Positions 26,245 to 36,226 are shown, counted from the stretch's first letter. The stretch is 64,000 bases of DNA from an uncultured Anaerolineaceae bacterium (GCA_964457835.1 CAYWGJ010000006.1:402-64401); one strand, 5' to 3'. A program made the numbers and translations. Notes: generated by a model not told the origin, from the letters alone.

Positions 26245-27699
26245 ATGACAACCATCACTATCGTGGGCTTGGGACCGGGACCCGCCGATGACCTGAGTCG
26301 GCGCGCCTGGCGAATCCTGATGCAGGCTGATACCGTGTATCTACGGACTGAGCGGCACCCCTGCGTGCCTGATCTACCGGCTGGTCCACGCTACATCAAC
26401 TTTGACGAGGTATACGAGCGCGCCGAGTCCTTTGACGCGGTGTATGACGCCATCACACAGGTCCTGTTGACTGCCGCACAAAGCACGAACGTGGTGTATG
26501 CCGTGCCGGGTGATCCCAGCATTGCGGAGTCCACGACACAGCGTGTCCGGGCGGCTGCGGCTGCGGCTGGTGTGGGGGTGCAGATCATCAGCGGCATCAG
26601 TTTTATCGAGCCGACGCTGGCGCTGGTGGCAGCCGATGGTATCGAACGTCTACAAATTCACGATGCGGTCGAGCTGGCTGCTATGCATCATCCACCCATC
26701 AACCCGGATGCGCCTGCGCTTATCGGGCAGGTGTACAGTCAGCAGGTGGCTTCGGACCTGAAGCTGACGTTGATGAACGAATACCCAGACGAACTCCCTG
26801 TGAAGCTGGTTCACGCAGCGGGGACCGCGCAAGCACTGGTGGAGGACCTGCCGCTCTACGCCATAGACCGCAGCGCACACATCAGCCACATGACTGCGCT
26901 GTATGTGCCCGTCTATGGTCAGATGCGCAGCTTTGAGCAGTTTCAGGAGATTATTGCCCATCTGCGCGCACCCGAAGGCTGCCCGTGGGATCGCAAGCAA
27001 ACGCATGAGTCGCTGCGGCCCTACCTGATTGAGGAAGCCTACGAAGTGCTCGAAGCCATTGACTCAGGGGACACCCAGGCCCTTTATGAGGAATTAGGCG
27101 ACCTGATGCTGCAAATCGTGCTGCACACGCAGATCGCGGTTGATGAGGGCGAATTTGCCATGGGCGATGTGATGCGCACCGTCAGTGCCAAGATGATCCG
27201 GCGGCATCCGCATGTGTGGGGGGAAACCGTGGTGGATGGGGCCGACGCCGTGGTGGTCAACTGGGAGGCACTCAAACAGCAGGAGAAGGCCGAAAACGGT
27301 ACGACTCGTGAGTCGCGCTTGGATGGTGTTCCCCGCGGCCTGCCCGCCCTGATGCAAGCCCATACCTTTCAGCGTAAGGCGGCTAAAGTTGGGTTTGACT
27401 GGAATGACATGGATGGTGTAACCGCCAAGCTGCATGAAGAAATTGCTGAAGTGATCGATGCCAAAACGGACGCTGAGCGTGTCGATGAAGTGGGCGACCT
27501 GCTCTTCATGGTGGTCAACTGGGCGCGCTGGTTGGGCGTCACCGACCCGGAGAATGCGCTGCGCCAGGCCAACGCTAAGTTCTACCGCCGCTTTCGTTTT
27601 GTAGAGCAAGCCATCGCTTCCCAGTCACGCCCCATGGAAGACTACAGCCTCGAAGAACTAGATGCCTTATGGAATCGGGCGAAAGCGGAGGGCTTATGA
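26245..27699 (+). CDS. YabN-like fusion: tetrapyrrole-methylase-fold domain plus MazG NTP pyrophosphohydrolase
   Basis: N-terminal: ITIVGLGPG...VVYAVPGDPSIAEST. C-terminal MazG repeats: CPWDRKQTHESLRPYLIEEAYEVLEAI...ELGDLMLQIV and FDWNDMDGVTAKLHEEIAEV...EVGDLLFMVVNWAR. Confidence 0.85.
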   Translation: MTTITIVGLGPGPADDLSRRAWRILMQADTVYLRTERHPCVPDLPAGPRYINFDEVYERAESFDAVYDAITQVLLTAAQSTNVVYAVPGDPSIAESTTQRVRAAAAAAGVGVQIISGISFIEPTLALVAADGIERLQIHDAVELAAMHHPPINPDAPALIGQVYSQQVASDLKLTLMNEYPDELPVKLVHAAGTAQALVEDLPLYAIDRSAHISHMTALYVPVYGQMRSFEQFQEIIAHLRAPEGCPWDRKQTHESLRPYLIEEAYEVLEAIDSGDTQALYEELGDLMLQIVLHTQIAVDEGEFAMGDVMRTVSAKMIRRHPHVWGETVVDGADAVVVNWEALKQQEKAENGTTRESRLDGVPRGLPALMQAHTFQRKAAKVGFDWNDMDGVTAKLHEEIAEVIDAKTDAERVDEVGDLLFMVVNWARWLGVTDPENALRQANAKFYRRFRFVEQAIASQSRPMEDYSLEELDALWNRAKAEGL

Positions 27700-29180
27700 G
27701 TGTTCACGACTTAGAAACGTTGATTGGTGAAGCTGTGGCGCTGCACCAAGTACCCGGATTGGCCGTTGGTCTGGTGCTGCAAGGCAACTTGATGTATGCC
27801 CGTGGCTTTGGGCAGACCAGTGTCGAACCGGAAAATGCCCAAACTGTCACGCCGGATACGCTGTTTCGCATCGGCTCGGTGACGAAGCCCTTTACCGCCA
27901 CCATGATCCTGCGGCTGGTGGAAAACAGCATATTGGACCTGGACCGGCCTGTGGTCGGCTACGATCCGCGCTTGACCGTGGACCCGGCCATCACACTGCG
28001 CATGCTGCTGAGTCATACGGCTGGTTTTCCCAGTGACTTACATTACTACAGTCATGACTCTCTGGCGTATTTCGCCCATGAGGTGCTGCCGACCTACCCC
28101 ATGGTGGCACCGCCGCGCTGTGTGTATCACTACAGTAATCCGGGCATCAACCTAGCTGGTTACATTGCGGAACACGTTACTGGAACCCCTTTTACTGAGC
28201 TGATGCAGACGCTGCTTTTTGACCTGCTGGGGATGAACCGCACCACGTTTTCGCTGGGCTTGGCCGCGACCTATCCCTTCTGTCAGGGGCACATCCGCGA
28301 TGCCAGCGGCCAGGTCAAGGTGAAGCGCCCTCACATTGATAACCCTTCGGCTTATCCTTGTGGCTTCGCCTGGTCCAATGTGCACGACATAGCGCGATTC
28401 ATGGCCCTGCATTTGGGTACGCTGTCCACCATGCAGCCGGAGACTTTGCGCTTGATGCACAGTGTGCAGGTGGATCGTGGGAATGGCATGGGCTATGGCC
28501 TGGGATTCCGCACAGAGACGTATCGTGGGATGAAGACCGTTGGGCACAATGGTGCGGTGGGGAAGTTCGGCGCAGTGCTGCGGATGCTGCCTCATGCTGG
28601 GCTGGGCGTTGTGCTTTTGTTCAACCGCGCTGCTGGCTTCTGGACCGCTGCGGAGGACATCGCTGGGCGTGCCCTGGATTCGCTGCTGCCCGCTTCGCAG
28701 CGCGAACAAGTGAGCACGGCATCCGCTGCGTTGCCCCCTGGCGTTGAACTGGATGGGACGTATCTGGGTCCGACGACCGGCTTTGTGTCGATTGTCAAAG
28801 GGCGTGTGTGGATCAACGGGCGCACACCGTTGCAACCGCCAGTCATCAGCCGTGTAGATGGCGATCACATCATGGTGAATGGGGCCTTCTGCGTGCGTAC
28901 CGCTCTGCGCGGTGCAGACCGGATTGAGCGCGAGCTGCGGCCCTTGACCGGGGTCTATGCAGCAGACATTGACACGTGGACCGTGCGCGTGGTGGATGGC
29001 AAACTGGCGCTTACGTCCGAAGAGGACCACGAAACGGTGAGTTGTATGCCGCTCAGCGACGAGCGCTATGCCTGCGACTGGGGCGTGATCGCCTTTGAGC
29101 TTGATGCCTCAGGGCAGGTGCAGTCGCTGCTGTTTGCGGATGGCTATCGTTTCACGCGCGAGGCGGGTTCACCATTATAA
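27696..29180 (+). CDS. Serine hydrolase of the beta-lactamase/class-C family with an extra C-terminal domain
   Basis: SxxK motif in FRIGSVTKPFT; YxN in YHYSNPG; HNGAVGKFG region. ATG 27696 overlaps the preceding stop (ATGA). Confidence 0.8.
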   Translation: MSVHDLETLIGEAVALHQVPGLAVGLVLQGNLMYARGFGQTSVEPENAQTVTPDTLFRIGSVTKPFTATMILRLVENSILDLDRPVVGYDPRLTVDPAITLRMLLSHTAGFPSDLHYYSHDSLAYFAHEVLPTYPMVAPPRCVYHYSNPGINLAGYIAEHVTGTPFTELMQTLLFDLLGMNRTTFSLGLAATYPFCQGHIRDASGQVKVKRPHIDNPSAYPCGFAWSNVHDIARFMALHLGTLSTMQPETLRLMHSVQVDRGNGMGYGLGFRTETYRGMKTVGHNGAVGKFGAVLRMLPHAGLGVVLLFNRAAGFWTAAEDIAGRALDSLLPASQREQVSTASAALPPGVELDGTYLGPTTGFVSIVKGRVWINGRTPLQPPVISRVDGDHIMVNGAFCVRTALRGADRIERELRPLTGVYAADIDTWTVRVVDGKLALTSEEDHETVSCMPLSDERYACDWGVIAFELDASGQVQSLLFADGYRFTREAGSPL

Positions 29181-30634
29181 ACAGGCAGCGTGATGGTAAA
29201 GGTCGCACCTTCGCTGCGGCCTGGGCTGTCTACCTGTATACGCCCGCCGTGTGCTTCGACGATTTCACGCGCTATGGCAAGGCCCAGCCCGGTGCCGCGC
29301 TGGGGGCCGCGCGCTCTATCAACCTGGTAGAAGCGCTCAAAGATGCGCGGCAGCTCTTCCTTAGCAATACCGATGCCGTTATCGCTAACGCAGATGCGTA
29401 TCTGGTTCGGGGAACGCTGGCCGCTGACCTCAACGTGGCCGCCAGTCGGCGTGTATTTCACCGCGTTGGAGATGAGGTTCGTGAGGACTTGTGCCATGCG
29501 GTCCCCATCGCCCTGGATAACCAAGCCGTCGGCAAGCTGGGTCGCAAGCGTGATGTGCTTCTGGTCAGCGACAACGGTCAGGCGTTGGACGATAGCCTGT
29601 GTCAGGGGCTGTAGGTCAATCGCTTCGCGCTGCATCGTAATGCCACCACTTTGCAGTCGCGCCAGTTCCGTCAGGGCGGTGACCATGCGCGTTAAGCGTT
29701 CGGCTTCCTCATGGATGATGGCAGCAGCTTTTTCTGGTTCGCGTGCGGCTCCATCCATGATGGCTTGTGAATAGCCCTGGATGCTGGTCAGCGGTGTCTT
29801 GAGGTCATGCGAGACGTTTGCCATGAAATCGCGTTGGGATTGCTGGGTATCGTGCACTTCACGGCTCATGCTGTTGATGGCTTCGGCCACGGCGCGCAGT
29901 TCGGGTGCACCCGTAACAGCAACGCTCTGCTCGTAGTGGCCCGCTGCGATTTCCCCCGCGGCATTGGCGAAAGTTTGCAGTGGCCCGGCGATGGTGCGGC
30001 TGATCCAAGCGGCCAGCACAAAGGCCATCAGTAGACCGACCAAACCGGCTTGTAGGATAGGGGTTGCCAGTGCGCTGCTGAAGTCGGCGAGGGCGGCTTG
30101 CAACGAGCGCTCGGTCTCTTGGGGGGTGGCAATCAAGAGGGCGATGTCCTCAAATTGACCGCTTGCTGTGTTCACCCCAGCGAAATACCAGACCTCGCCG
30201 TTTGGGTCCTCGAAGCTGCCGAAGACCCCCTCAAGGTTTTCGGCAGCAAAGCTCTGTTGGCTGTCCGGGGCTGGCCGGTAATCGCTGAGCGTCAGCGTTG
30301 TGAGCACATCCCCCAAAGCAAAGGTCTGATCGGTGTCCAGGTAAACCAAGCCGCTTGATAGACCAACTTGCAGCATACGGCTGTTGGTGTTCTGTGAGAA
30401 GAGCGTGTACAGCTCTGCTGGTGTTGCTGTCTCGCGGTCAGGGTTAGTGGCGAAGAACTGAAGGCCCAGTTCTTCGAAATCCAGTGCGCTAAGGCTGCGC
30501 GTCAAGCGTTGGTAGGTGGTCTGCACGGGTTCCGGGCGGGCACTCAAGAACAGCAGCAGTGCCGCGCTGACGATGCTGAAAACGACCAGCATCAGCACCA
30601 GGTAGGACGCGAACAAACGACTGCGCAGCGACAT
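29144..30634 (-). CDS. Sensor histidine kinase (2 TM, extracytoplasmic domain, HAMP, HisKA, HATPase_c)
   Basis: FMANVSHDLKTPLTSIQGY (H-box); LISNAVKYTP (N-box); SDNGIGI; GTGLGLAIAREIVEAHGG. The 3' end overlaps the convergent hydrolase gene by 37 nt. Confidence 0.88.
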   Translation of the reverse strand: MSLRSRLFASYLVLMLVVFSIVSAALLLFLSARPEPVQTTYQRLTRSLSALDFEELGLQFFATNPDRETATPAELYTLFSQNTNSRMLQVGLSSGLVYLDTDQTFALGDVLTTLTLSDYRPAPDSQQSFAAENLEGVFGSFEDPNGEVWYFAGVNTASGQFEDIALLIATPQETERSLQAALADFSSALATPILQAGLVGLLMAFVLAAWISRTIAGPLQTFANAAGEIAAGHYEQSVAVTGAPELRAVAEAINSMSREVHDTQQSQRDFMANVSHDLKTPLTSIQGYSQAIMDGAAREPEKAAAIIHEEAERLTRMVTALTELARLQSGGITMQREAIDLQPLTQAIVQRLTVVADQKHITLATQLADGLVIQGDGDRMAQVLTNLISNAVKYTPTGGHVEVSGQRSPNQIRICVSDNGIGIAKEELPRIFERFYQVDRARGPQRGTGLGLAIAREIVEAHGGRIQVDSPGRSEGATFTITLPVYNGEPASRVKR

Positions 30635-30638
30635 CAGC

Positions 30639-31325
30639 TTACTCGGACTCCAGCTTGTAACCTACGCCCCAAACCGTTTCGATGATCGGCTTCATGCCCT
30701 TGAGCTTGTGACGCAGGTGTGCGATATGCACATCGACGGTGCGCGTTTCTCCCGCGAAGTCATAGCCCCACACGACCTCTAAGAGGCGCTCACGGTCGAA
30801 CACACGGCCCGGATTGCGGGCCAGCAGCAGCAGCAGGTCGAATTCTTTCATGCGCAGCTTGACGCCTTTGTCATCCACCGTGACACTGCGGCGTTCGGGG
30901 TCGATGCTCAGATTGGCTAGGGTGACCGTTTCGGTGCCCTCATCAGCAGGGCTGCTGCGTCGGTCACTGCGGCGCATGATGGCTTTGATGCGTGCCACCA
31001 GCTCACGCGGGTTAAAGGGCTTGGTCAGGTAGTCGTCTGCGCCCAACTCCAGACCGACGATCTTGTCGATGTCATCACTGCGGGCCGTCAGCATGATGAT
31101 GGGCACGTCGCTCTCGGCGCGGACCTTGCGGCAGATGTCCAGTCCGTCCATGCTGGGCAGCATCAAGTCCAGCACGATGAGGTCCGGTTCATCGCTGCGG
31201 ATGCGTTCGTATGCAGCGAGGCCGTCGGTCTCGCTTTCGACCGTGTAGCCTTCCTGCTCGATATACATGCGCGCGAGGTCAATGATCCGCTGTTCATCAT
31301 CCACGATGAGGATGGTGTTGCCCAT
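30639..31325 (-). CDS. OmpR-family response regulator
   Basis: ILIVDDEQRI...DLIVLDLMLPSMDG...IMLTARSDD; winged-helix output VDVHIAHLRHKL...IETVWGVGYKL. ATG 31325 follows a GGAGTG RBS, 5 nt after the upstream stop. Confidence 0.9.
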   Translation of the reverse strand: MGNTILIVDDEQRIIDLARMYIEQEGYTVESETDGLAAYERIRSDEPDLIVLDLMLPSMDGLDICRKVRAESDVPIIMLTARSDDIDKIVGLELGADDYLTKPFNPRELVARIKAIMRRSDRRSSPADEGTETVTLANLSIDPERRSVTVDDKGVKLRMKEFDLLLLLARNPGRVFDRERLLEVVWGYDFAGETRTVDVHIAHLRHKLKGMKPIIETVWGVGYKLESE

Positions 31326-31330
31326 GCTGT

Positions 31331-32521
31331 TCACTCCATGTTCTGTGCCAGCCAGTCCGCGATGAGCGCTGCCAATGCGCGATTGCCTGCTGGGTTCAAG
31401 TGCATGTCATCTGCATAATACAGTGCCTCACTCGCATCTGCCCGCGCTTGGAGGGCGCTTGTCGGGTCGATACAGTCCAAAGCCAGCGCCTCGCAGAGGT
31501 CGTGCATTGCATCGCGGGCGCTGCGATGAGCGTCCAGAGCGGTCGGCTCCATCAGTGGCGCGGTGATCGTCTCGTAGACCTCTTCCCGCGTGGGGATGAT
31601 GACGACGACCAACCGCCCCCCCCAGCTTTCGACCAAGGTTTGCGCTTCAGTGAATGCCGTGCGGCTTTGCGCTAAGCCGAACTGATTAGCGGGGCGCGAC
31701 ATGTCTAGCGCTAGCGCTTCATAACGTTTGCCGAATTGAAGCACTGCGCCGTCCCCGTAGGCTGCTGTATAGCGTGGCTCAAACAAGGCCTCAGATTCCG
31801 GGGTGCCGCTCCAGCGTCCAGTGCTCAGCACTTCGATCACAGCAAAGACCGCCGACCGCTGTGACAGCCAGGGCAGCAGTCCTTCCGGTGTGGAACCACT
31901 GTCACTGGGCAGGTCGTTTTCCAGCGGTTCAGCATCACCACGCCAAGTGAGCAGGCCGTAGTCGTCATTGAAGTCGTTGCCGAAGAACTGCCAGATCACC
32001 AGCGGGGGTTCCAGCGGCGCGCCGAAGTCCGCCAAGATTTGGGCGTGGCTCAGGCTGCCAGTCACGGGTTGGCTGAGGTTGGCGATGCCCATGCCGGTTT
32101 GTGCGGCCAACAGGTCCACCCAGCAGTCGGTCTGGTTGGTGAAGCAAAAGCCGAAAGAATCACCGACGACCACGGCATCCACGCGGTAATCCACCGGGGT
32201 TGTTCGGAAGCCGATACCTTCGTCAGGGGGCAGGCCGTCGTCCCACAGCTTGTGCGTCGTCAGGCGAAAGCTGACCGTAGGGCTGCCATATTGCAGCGCG
32301 TCGGTGATGCCAGGGCGCAGCGCGTAATAGTGATCGCGGTTTTCACGCCAGGCGCGTTCCCAGTCTTCACCGTAAGGCTGTCCAGTCGTCAGATAGCGCA
32401 TGGTGACTCCGATGCTGCCGCCTAAGTTGGGGCCGATGAGCCGCAGGCCGCCCTCCAGCAGCAGCAGCACGATCACAACCCAAACCAGCAGGATGCCGAT
32501 CCACTTCATTAAGCGCGCCAT
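31331..32521 (-). CDS. Membrane-anchored SGNH/GDSL-type hydrolase
   Basis: N-terminal TM helix WIGILLVWVVIVLLLL. SGNH blocks: VVVGDSFGF (GDS), FFGNDFND (GxND), YYADDMHLNPAG (DxxH). ATG 32521 follows an AGGAGA RBS; the ORF-track GTG is at 32548. Confidence 0.75.
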   Translation of the reverse strand: MARLMKWIGILLVWVVIVLLLLEGGLRLIGPNLGGSIGVTMRYLTTGQPYGEDWERAWRENRDHYYALRPGITDALQYGSPTVSFRLTTHKLWDDGLPPDEGIGFRTTPVDYRVDAVVVGDSFGFCFTNQTDCWVDLLAAQTGMGIANLSQPVTGSLSHAQILADFGAPLEPPLVIWQFFGNDFNDDYGLLTWRGDAEPLENDLPSDSGSTPEGLLPWLSQRSAVFAVIEVLSTGRWSGTPESEALFEPRYTAAYGDGAVLQFGKRYEALALDMSRPANQFGLAQSRTAFTEAQTLVESWGGRLVVVIIPTREEVYETITAPLMEPTALDAHRSARDAMHDLCEALALDCIDPTSALQARADASEALYYADDMHLNPAGNRALAALIADWLAQNME

Positions 32522-32643
32522 ATGCGCATCTCCTGGTGACCTGTTCACATCGTCTGATGCGGGATTCTAGCGGGGCGCTGCTTATCAGCCTAGGGTAGGG
32601 CCGTAATCAGGGTGTAACCGGCGTGTAAACGAAGGGTAAAACC

Positions 32644-33312
32644 TCAGCGCATTTTGAGCTTAAAGTGCGTGCATAAGTCCGACCAGACAGCATCCATCGC
32701 ATTGAGCAGGGCATGGTCGGCGTCTGGCAGGCGCAATGTGACCCCAGGGCGGTTAGTGGCAAAGCGCACACTCTGGCGATAATCCACGCTCTCGTCCTGC
32801 TTGCCATGCACGATCAGCAGCGGCTGCGGGATGTCTACGCTGAAGGAATCGTAGCGCTGGATGTCTTCTACAAGGCCGTAGTGTAGGCGAAATTCACCCG
32901 GTTGAGCGTAATGCGTCACGGGCAGCCAGCCGCGTTCTCGCCATTGGCGCAGGCCGTCGATGCCAAGTTGTTTCTCGCGGTTGTCCAAGAAATCCAACGC
33001 CGGGGCCAGCAGCAGGGCGCTGTGAACGCGCTGTGCGATACTGCCCCGATGCTGATCTAGGAAGTGTACGGCGGTCAGCCCACCCAGGCTGGAACCGATC
33101 AGGTGGACGGGTGCGTCATCCGGCAGAGCAGCAACGGTTTCGGCAGTGCGCGCGATCATGGCCGTCAGTGTTAGGTGCTCAAAATCCGGCACATTTAGGT
33201 CCGGCACATGGAGTTTTGCGTCGTATGGGGTTAAGCGTTCGCGCAGCAGGCGAGCTTTGGTTGATCCGGGTGACGAAGCGAAGCCGTGCAAATAGAGAAT
33301 ATGGTCAGTCAT
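32644..33312 (-). CDS. YqiA-like alpha/beta esterase
   Basis: ILYLHGFASSPGSTKA; nucleophile elbow LIGSSLGG; C-terminal DADHAL. The ATG overlaps the PBP stop by 8 nt. Confidence 0.75.
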   Translation of the reverse strand: MTDHILYLHGFASSPGSTKARLLRERLTPYDAKLHVPDLNVPDFEHLTLTAMIARTAETVAALPDDAPVHLIGSSLGGLTAVHFLDQHRGSIAQRVHSALLLAPALDFLDNREKQLGIDGLRQWRERGWLPVTHYAQPGEFRLHYGLVEDIQRYDSFSVDIPQPLLIVHGKQDESVDYRQSVRFATNRPGVTLRLPDADHALLNAMDAVWSDLCTHFKLKMR

Positions 33313-35581
33313 TGGCGCGGGCTTCTCCTTCTGTTTGTCCAGCCACGATGGTGTTATCTACGCCTAAGAAATAATACTCCATGATGTTGCGCACCAGTGG
33401 CGCAGCCACCCCAGAGCCTTCGCCGCTGTTTTCCACGATCACGACAACGGCAATTTCTGGGTCGGTACGTGGCGCATAGGCAGCAAACCAGGCGTGACTC
33501 AGCTTAGGCGGGTCTTCAGCGGTACCGGTCTTGCCGCACACACCCAACTCTTGCAGGGGCGAGTCGAAGAAGACGTAGTGGGCCGTGCCCGATGGCGTAC
33601 TGGTCACATCACACATGCCGCTGCGTACCACGTCCAGCACTTCCTTGCGGATGTTGATGTCCGCGATGGGGTCGGGTTCGGTGATGTGACTGAACTCGTT
33701 GAGCAGGCCGACGCGCTCCACCAGGTAGGGACGGTAGAGTGTACCGCCATTGGCAACGGCGGACACCATGCGGGTCACTTGCAGCGGCGTTACTTCGACC
33801 ATGCCTTGGCCGATGGACATGTCTACGGCGTCGGAAAAGGTCCAGGTTTCGCCGCGATTGACACGCTTCCACTCTGAGTCGCCGATGTTGCCAGGCTGTT
33901 CAGCAATCTCCGTCAGGCCGGTGGAGACACCGAGGCCCAAGCGCCGCACGTAGTTGGGGAACAGGTCTGGGTCTACAATGTCCATCTGATAGCCGGCTTC
34001 GTAGAAGTAGGGGTTACAGCTTTGGGTAACCGCCTGCGGCAGTGTCAGCAGTCCATGTCCCTGTGGCAGCCAGTCTAGACGCGGGATGTCACGGTTGAAG
34101 CTGCCGTTGCCGGTGCATAGGTAGCTTTTGTCCAGTGCGTAGACACCGCTGTCGGCTACAGCAATGGCAGTGGCAATCTTCATGACCGAACCGGTAGGGT
34201 ACAGGCCTTGCGTGGCGCGGTTGAGCAGCGGGCGGCGCGGGTCCGTTTGTGCCGCCTCCGCCAGTTCATTGGCGGCCTTACGTCCCACAGCCGGGAAGGG
34301 GGCAAAGGCATTGGCGTCGTAAGTGGGCCAGGAGACTAAGGCGAGCAGTGCGCCGGTATTTACATCCATGACGACAGCGGCGGCACCATCGGAACTTTGC
34401 CCCCAGCCTTCAGCGTTGGCGGCATAGCTTTGCCCAAAGAGGTTCAGCACGTATTGCTGCAAGTTTGCGTCTAGCGTTAGCCACAGGCTTTCGGCTACTT
34501 TCGGCTCGCGGCTGGCGACCACACGCCGTCGCTGCCCATTTGCGCCCTCAATGACGAGCTGTGCACCCGGACGACCACGCAGGGTTTCGTCCCAGGAGGC
34601 TTCAACGCCGCTGCGCCCCAGGATAGAATCCGCGTTGAAGCCATCAGCCTGTGCAGCAGCCAGGGCTTCGGCCTCTAAATAGCCCACACTGCCCAAGATG
34701 TGCGGCATCAGTGAGCCGTTGTGGTAGCGTCGTCCAGGTCGATTGCCGAAGGTCGCGTTGCAGTCGCGTTCCAGGGCTTCACGCCAATCAAGGTAGGCCT
34801 GCGCTTCCATACTGCCTATTTCGTTGGTCCAGTTCGAGGCAAAGCTGTCATAGCGTGCCGTAATGACTTCGACCGGGAGCCGTGTTGCCTCGGTCAGGGC
34901 GGTGATGCAGGCTGCGGTGTCAGGCACTTTGTCGCGCACAATACTCACCGTAACGATGAGCCGTTCTTCCTGTGATGCCAGTACGGTTCCACCACGGTCG
35001 TAGATGTTGGCTCGGTTGACTCCGCGCGTTTCCAGACGAAGTTGCCCACCGTTTGCCAGCTCCGGGAAGATGCTGCCCGCTGACCACGCCACGCGCCATG
35101 CTTGGGCCTGAGGGTCGAAGATCAGTGTCAAGTCACGTTCAGTGTCGGTGAAGGCCCCGACTAAGCGCGTGTCAAAAGTCATGTCATAGGTGAAATGGCT
35201 GATGCGCGTGTTGTCTGGTTCACGCTGGATGGTGCGTGGTGTAAAGGTCAGTGAGTCCAGGGTCATCTCATCGTGCACGGCCTCATAGCGCTGTTGGAAG
35301 GCCGCCAGCGGGGTGGCTTCCTGGCTGGCAAATGAAGTCAGGCGGTGCATGGTGGCATAGTCAAATTGCTGCCAGGCGATCAGGAATTCGGTAGCAGCGC
35401 GTTCTGCGTTGTGCAGAGGGAAGGCGTCGGGTGTGGTCGTCGGGAAAAGTGTGGGCAAGGGCTGCTCGACGCCGCGCGCGGTCGGCGTTTGGCAGCCGAT
35501 CAAACTAAGCGACAAGATCAAACCGAGCATGTTAATGCCGAACCGAAAGCCCTGACTGTGTGAACGCTGAGTCACAAGCAC
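33305..35581 (-). CDS. Class B penicillin-binding protein (PBP2-type transpeptidase) with an N-terminal NTF2-like/MecA_N-like domain; probable lipoprotein
   Basis: SxxK (YPTGSVMKIATA), SxN (VTQSCNPYF), KTG (CGKTGTAE). N-terminal LSLSLIGC lipobox-like sequence. GTG start at 35581; ATG 35530 is the alternative. Confidence 0.88.
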   Translation of the reverse strand: MLVTQRSHSQGFRFGINMLGLILSLSLIGCQTPTARGVEQPLPTLFPTTTPDAFPLHNAERAATEFLIAWQQFDYATMHRLTSFASQEATPLAAFQQRYEAVHDEMTLDSLTFTPRTIQREPDNTRISHFTYDMTFDTRLVGAFTDTERDLTLIFDPQAQAWRVAWSAGSIFPELANGGQLRLETRGVNRANIYDRGGTVLASQEERLIVTVSIVRDKVPDTAACITALTEATRLPVEVITARYDSFASNWTNEIGSMEAQAYLDWREALERDCNATFGNRPGRRYHNGSLMPHILGSVGYLEAEALAAAQADGFNADSILGRSGVEASWDETLRGRPGAQLVIEGANGQRRRVVASREPKVAESLWLTLDANLQQYVLNLFGQSYAANAEGWGQSSDGAAAVVMDVNTGALLALVSWPTYDANAFAPFPAVGRKAANELAEAAQTDPRRPLLNRATQGLYPTGSVMKIATAIAVADSGVYALDKSYLCTGNGSFNRDIPRLDWLPQGHGLLTLPQAVTQSCNPYFYEAGYQMDIVDPDLFPNYVRRLGLGVSTGLTEIAEQPGNIGDSEWKRVNRGETWTFSDAVDMSIGQGMVEVTPLQVTRMVSAVANGGTLYRPYLVERVGLLNEFSHITEPDPIADINIRKEVLDVVRSGMCDVTSTPSGTAHYVFFDSPLQELGVCGKTGTAEDPPKLSHAWFAAYAPRTDPEIAVVVIVENSGEGSGVAAPLVRNIMEYYFLGVDNTIVAGQTEGEARAND

Positions 35582-35617
35582 TTTTCCTGCACTTTACTGC
35601 GATTGGAGGAGAGTATA

Positions 35618-36082
35618 CTACAGGTCGAGAAAGATGCCCGAAAACGTCGGAACGGCGGCCTGCTGCCTGTCGCCGCTGCTGCGGGGCTGAAGGCGCAGAC
35701 CGGTTTCACCACGGGCGTCTTGCGCGGCGGCGATGAAGGTCAGGTAGCCTACCTGTCGCGTGTGTTCACCGGGGATTGTGAACTCTGCCACGCCTGCTTC
35801 AAAGGCGCTTTGATAGACACGCGGGCCATGTTTGCTGATCATCACCAGGCCTACGTTTGTACCGTCGCTGACTCGGACTGGTCCGACCGTCACACGCACG
35901 GCGTCGCCAGCGATAATGCTTTGTGGGGCGTTTACAGGGAGGATGCCGCTGAGCGGCGCTGGGGCACAGGTCGTTAGCAGCACCGCGCTCAAGAGCATCA
36001 GCAGGATATGCTGGAATAGGTTGTGACGGATTGTTTGAGTGCTTCGTTCCCACGCGATGGGAAGCGCGTTATGGTGAGTCAA
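35618..36082 (-). CDS. Hypothetical small lipoprotein/secreted protein
   Basis: Hydrophobic N-terminal region with LLTTC (lipobox-like). The third codon positions I checked at the 3' end are G/C-rich. Same strand as, and just upstream of, the PBP gene. The competing plus-strand ORF 35603-35977 was judged spurious. Confidence 0.5.
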   Translation of the reverse strand: MTHHNALPIAWERSTQTIRHNLFQHILLMLLSAVLLTTCAPAPLSGILPVNAPQSIIAGDAVRVTVGPVRVSDGTNVGLVMISKHGPRVYQSAFEAGVAEFTIPGEHTRQVGYLTFIAAAQDARGETGLRLQPRSSGDRQQAAVPTFSGIFLDL

Positions 36083-36197
36083 AATACATACGTGCCTTAC
36101 CCCCTTGGTTGGGCACTATTGAACGTCTACTTTCATTATAACGCCGATGTGTGCGAAATGATACAACCACTTGCGAATTGGATGAGCAAACCCCGTC

Positions 36198-36226
36198 TTG
36201 ACAGCGCTTGAGCGGGCTGATAGGAT
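36198..36226 (+). promoter_or_regulatory. Sigma-70-like promoter for the rpsL (str) operon
   Basis: TTGACA (36198-36203), 17-nt spacer, TAGGAT (36221-36226). This implies a ~190-nt leader before the rpsL ATG at 36421. Confidence 0.5.

Noticed and set aside
35603-35977. 124-aa plus-strand ORF opposite the small lipoprotein gene
   Set aside because: The minus-strand frame has a signal/lipobox-like N-terminus and G/C-rich third positions at the codons I checked, and it is co-oriented with the PBP gene. The plus-strand frame has no features.
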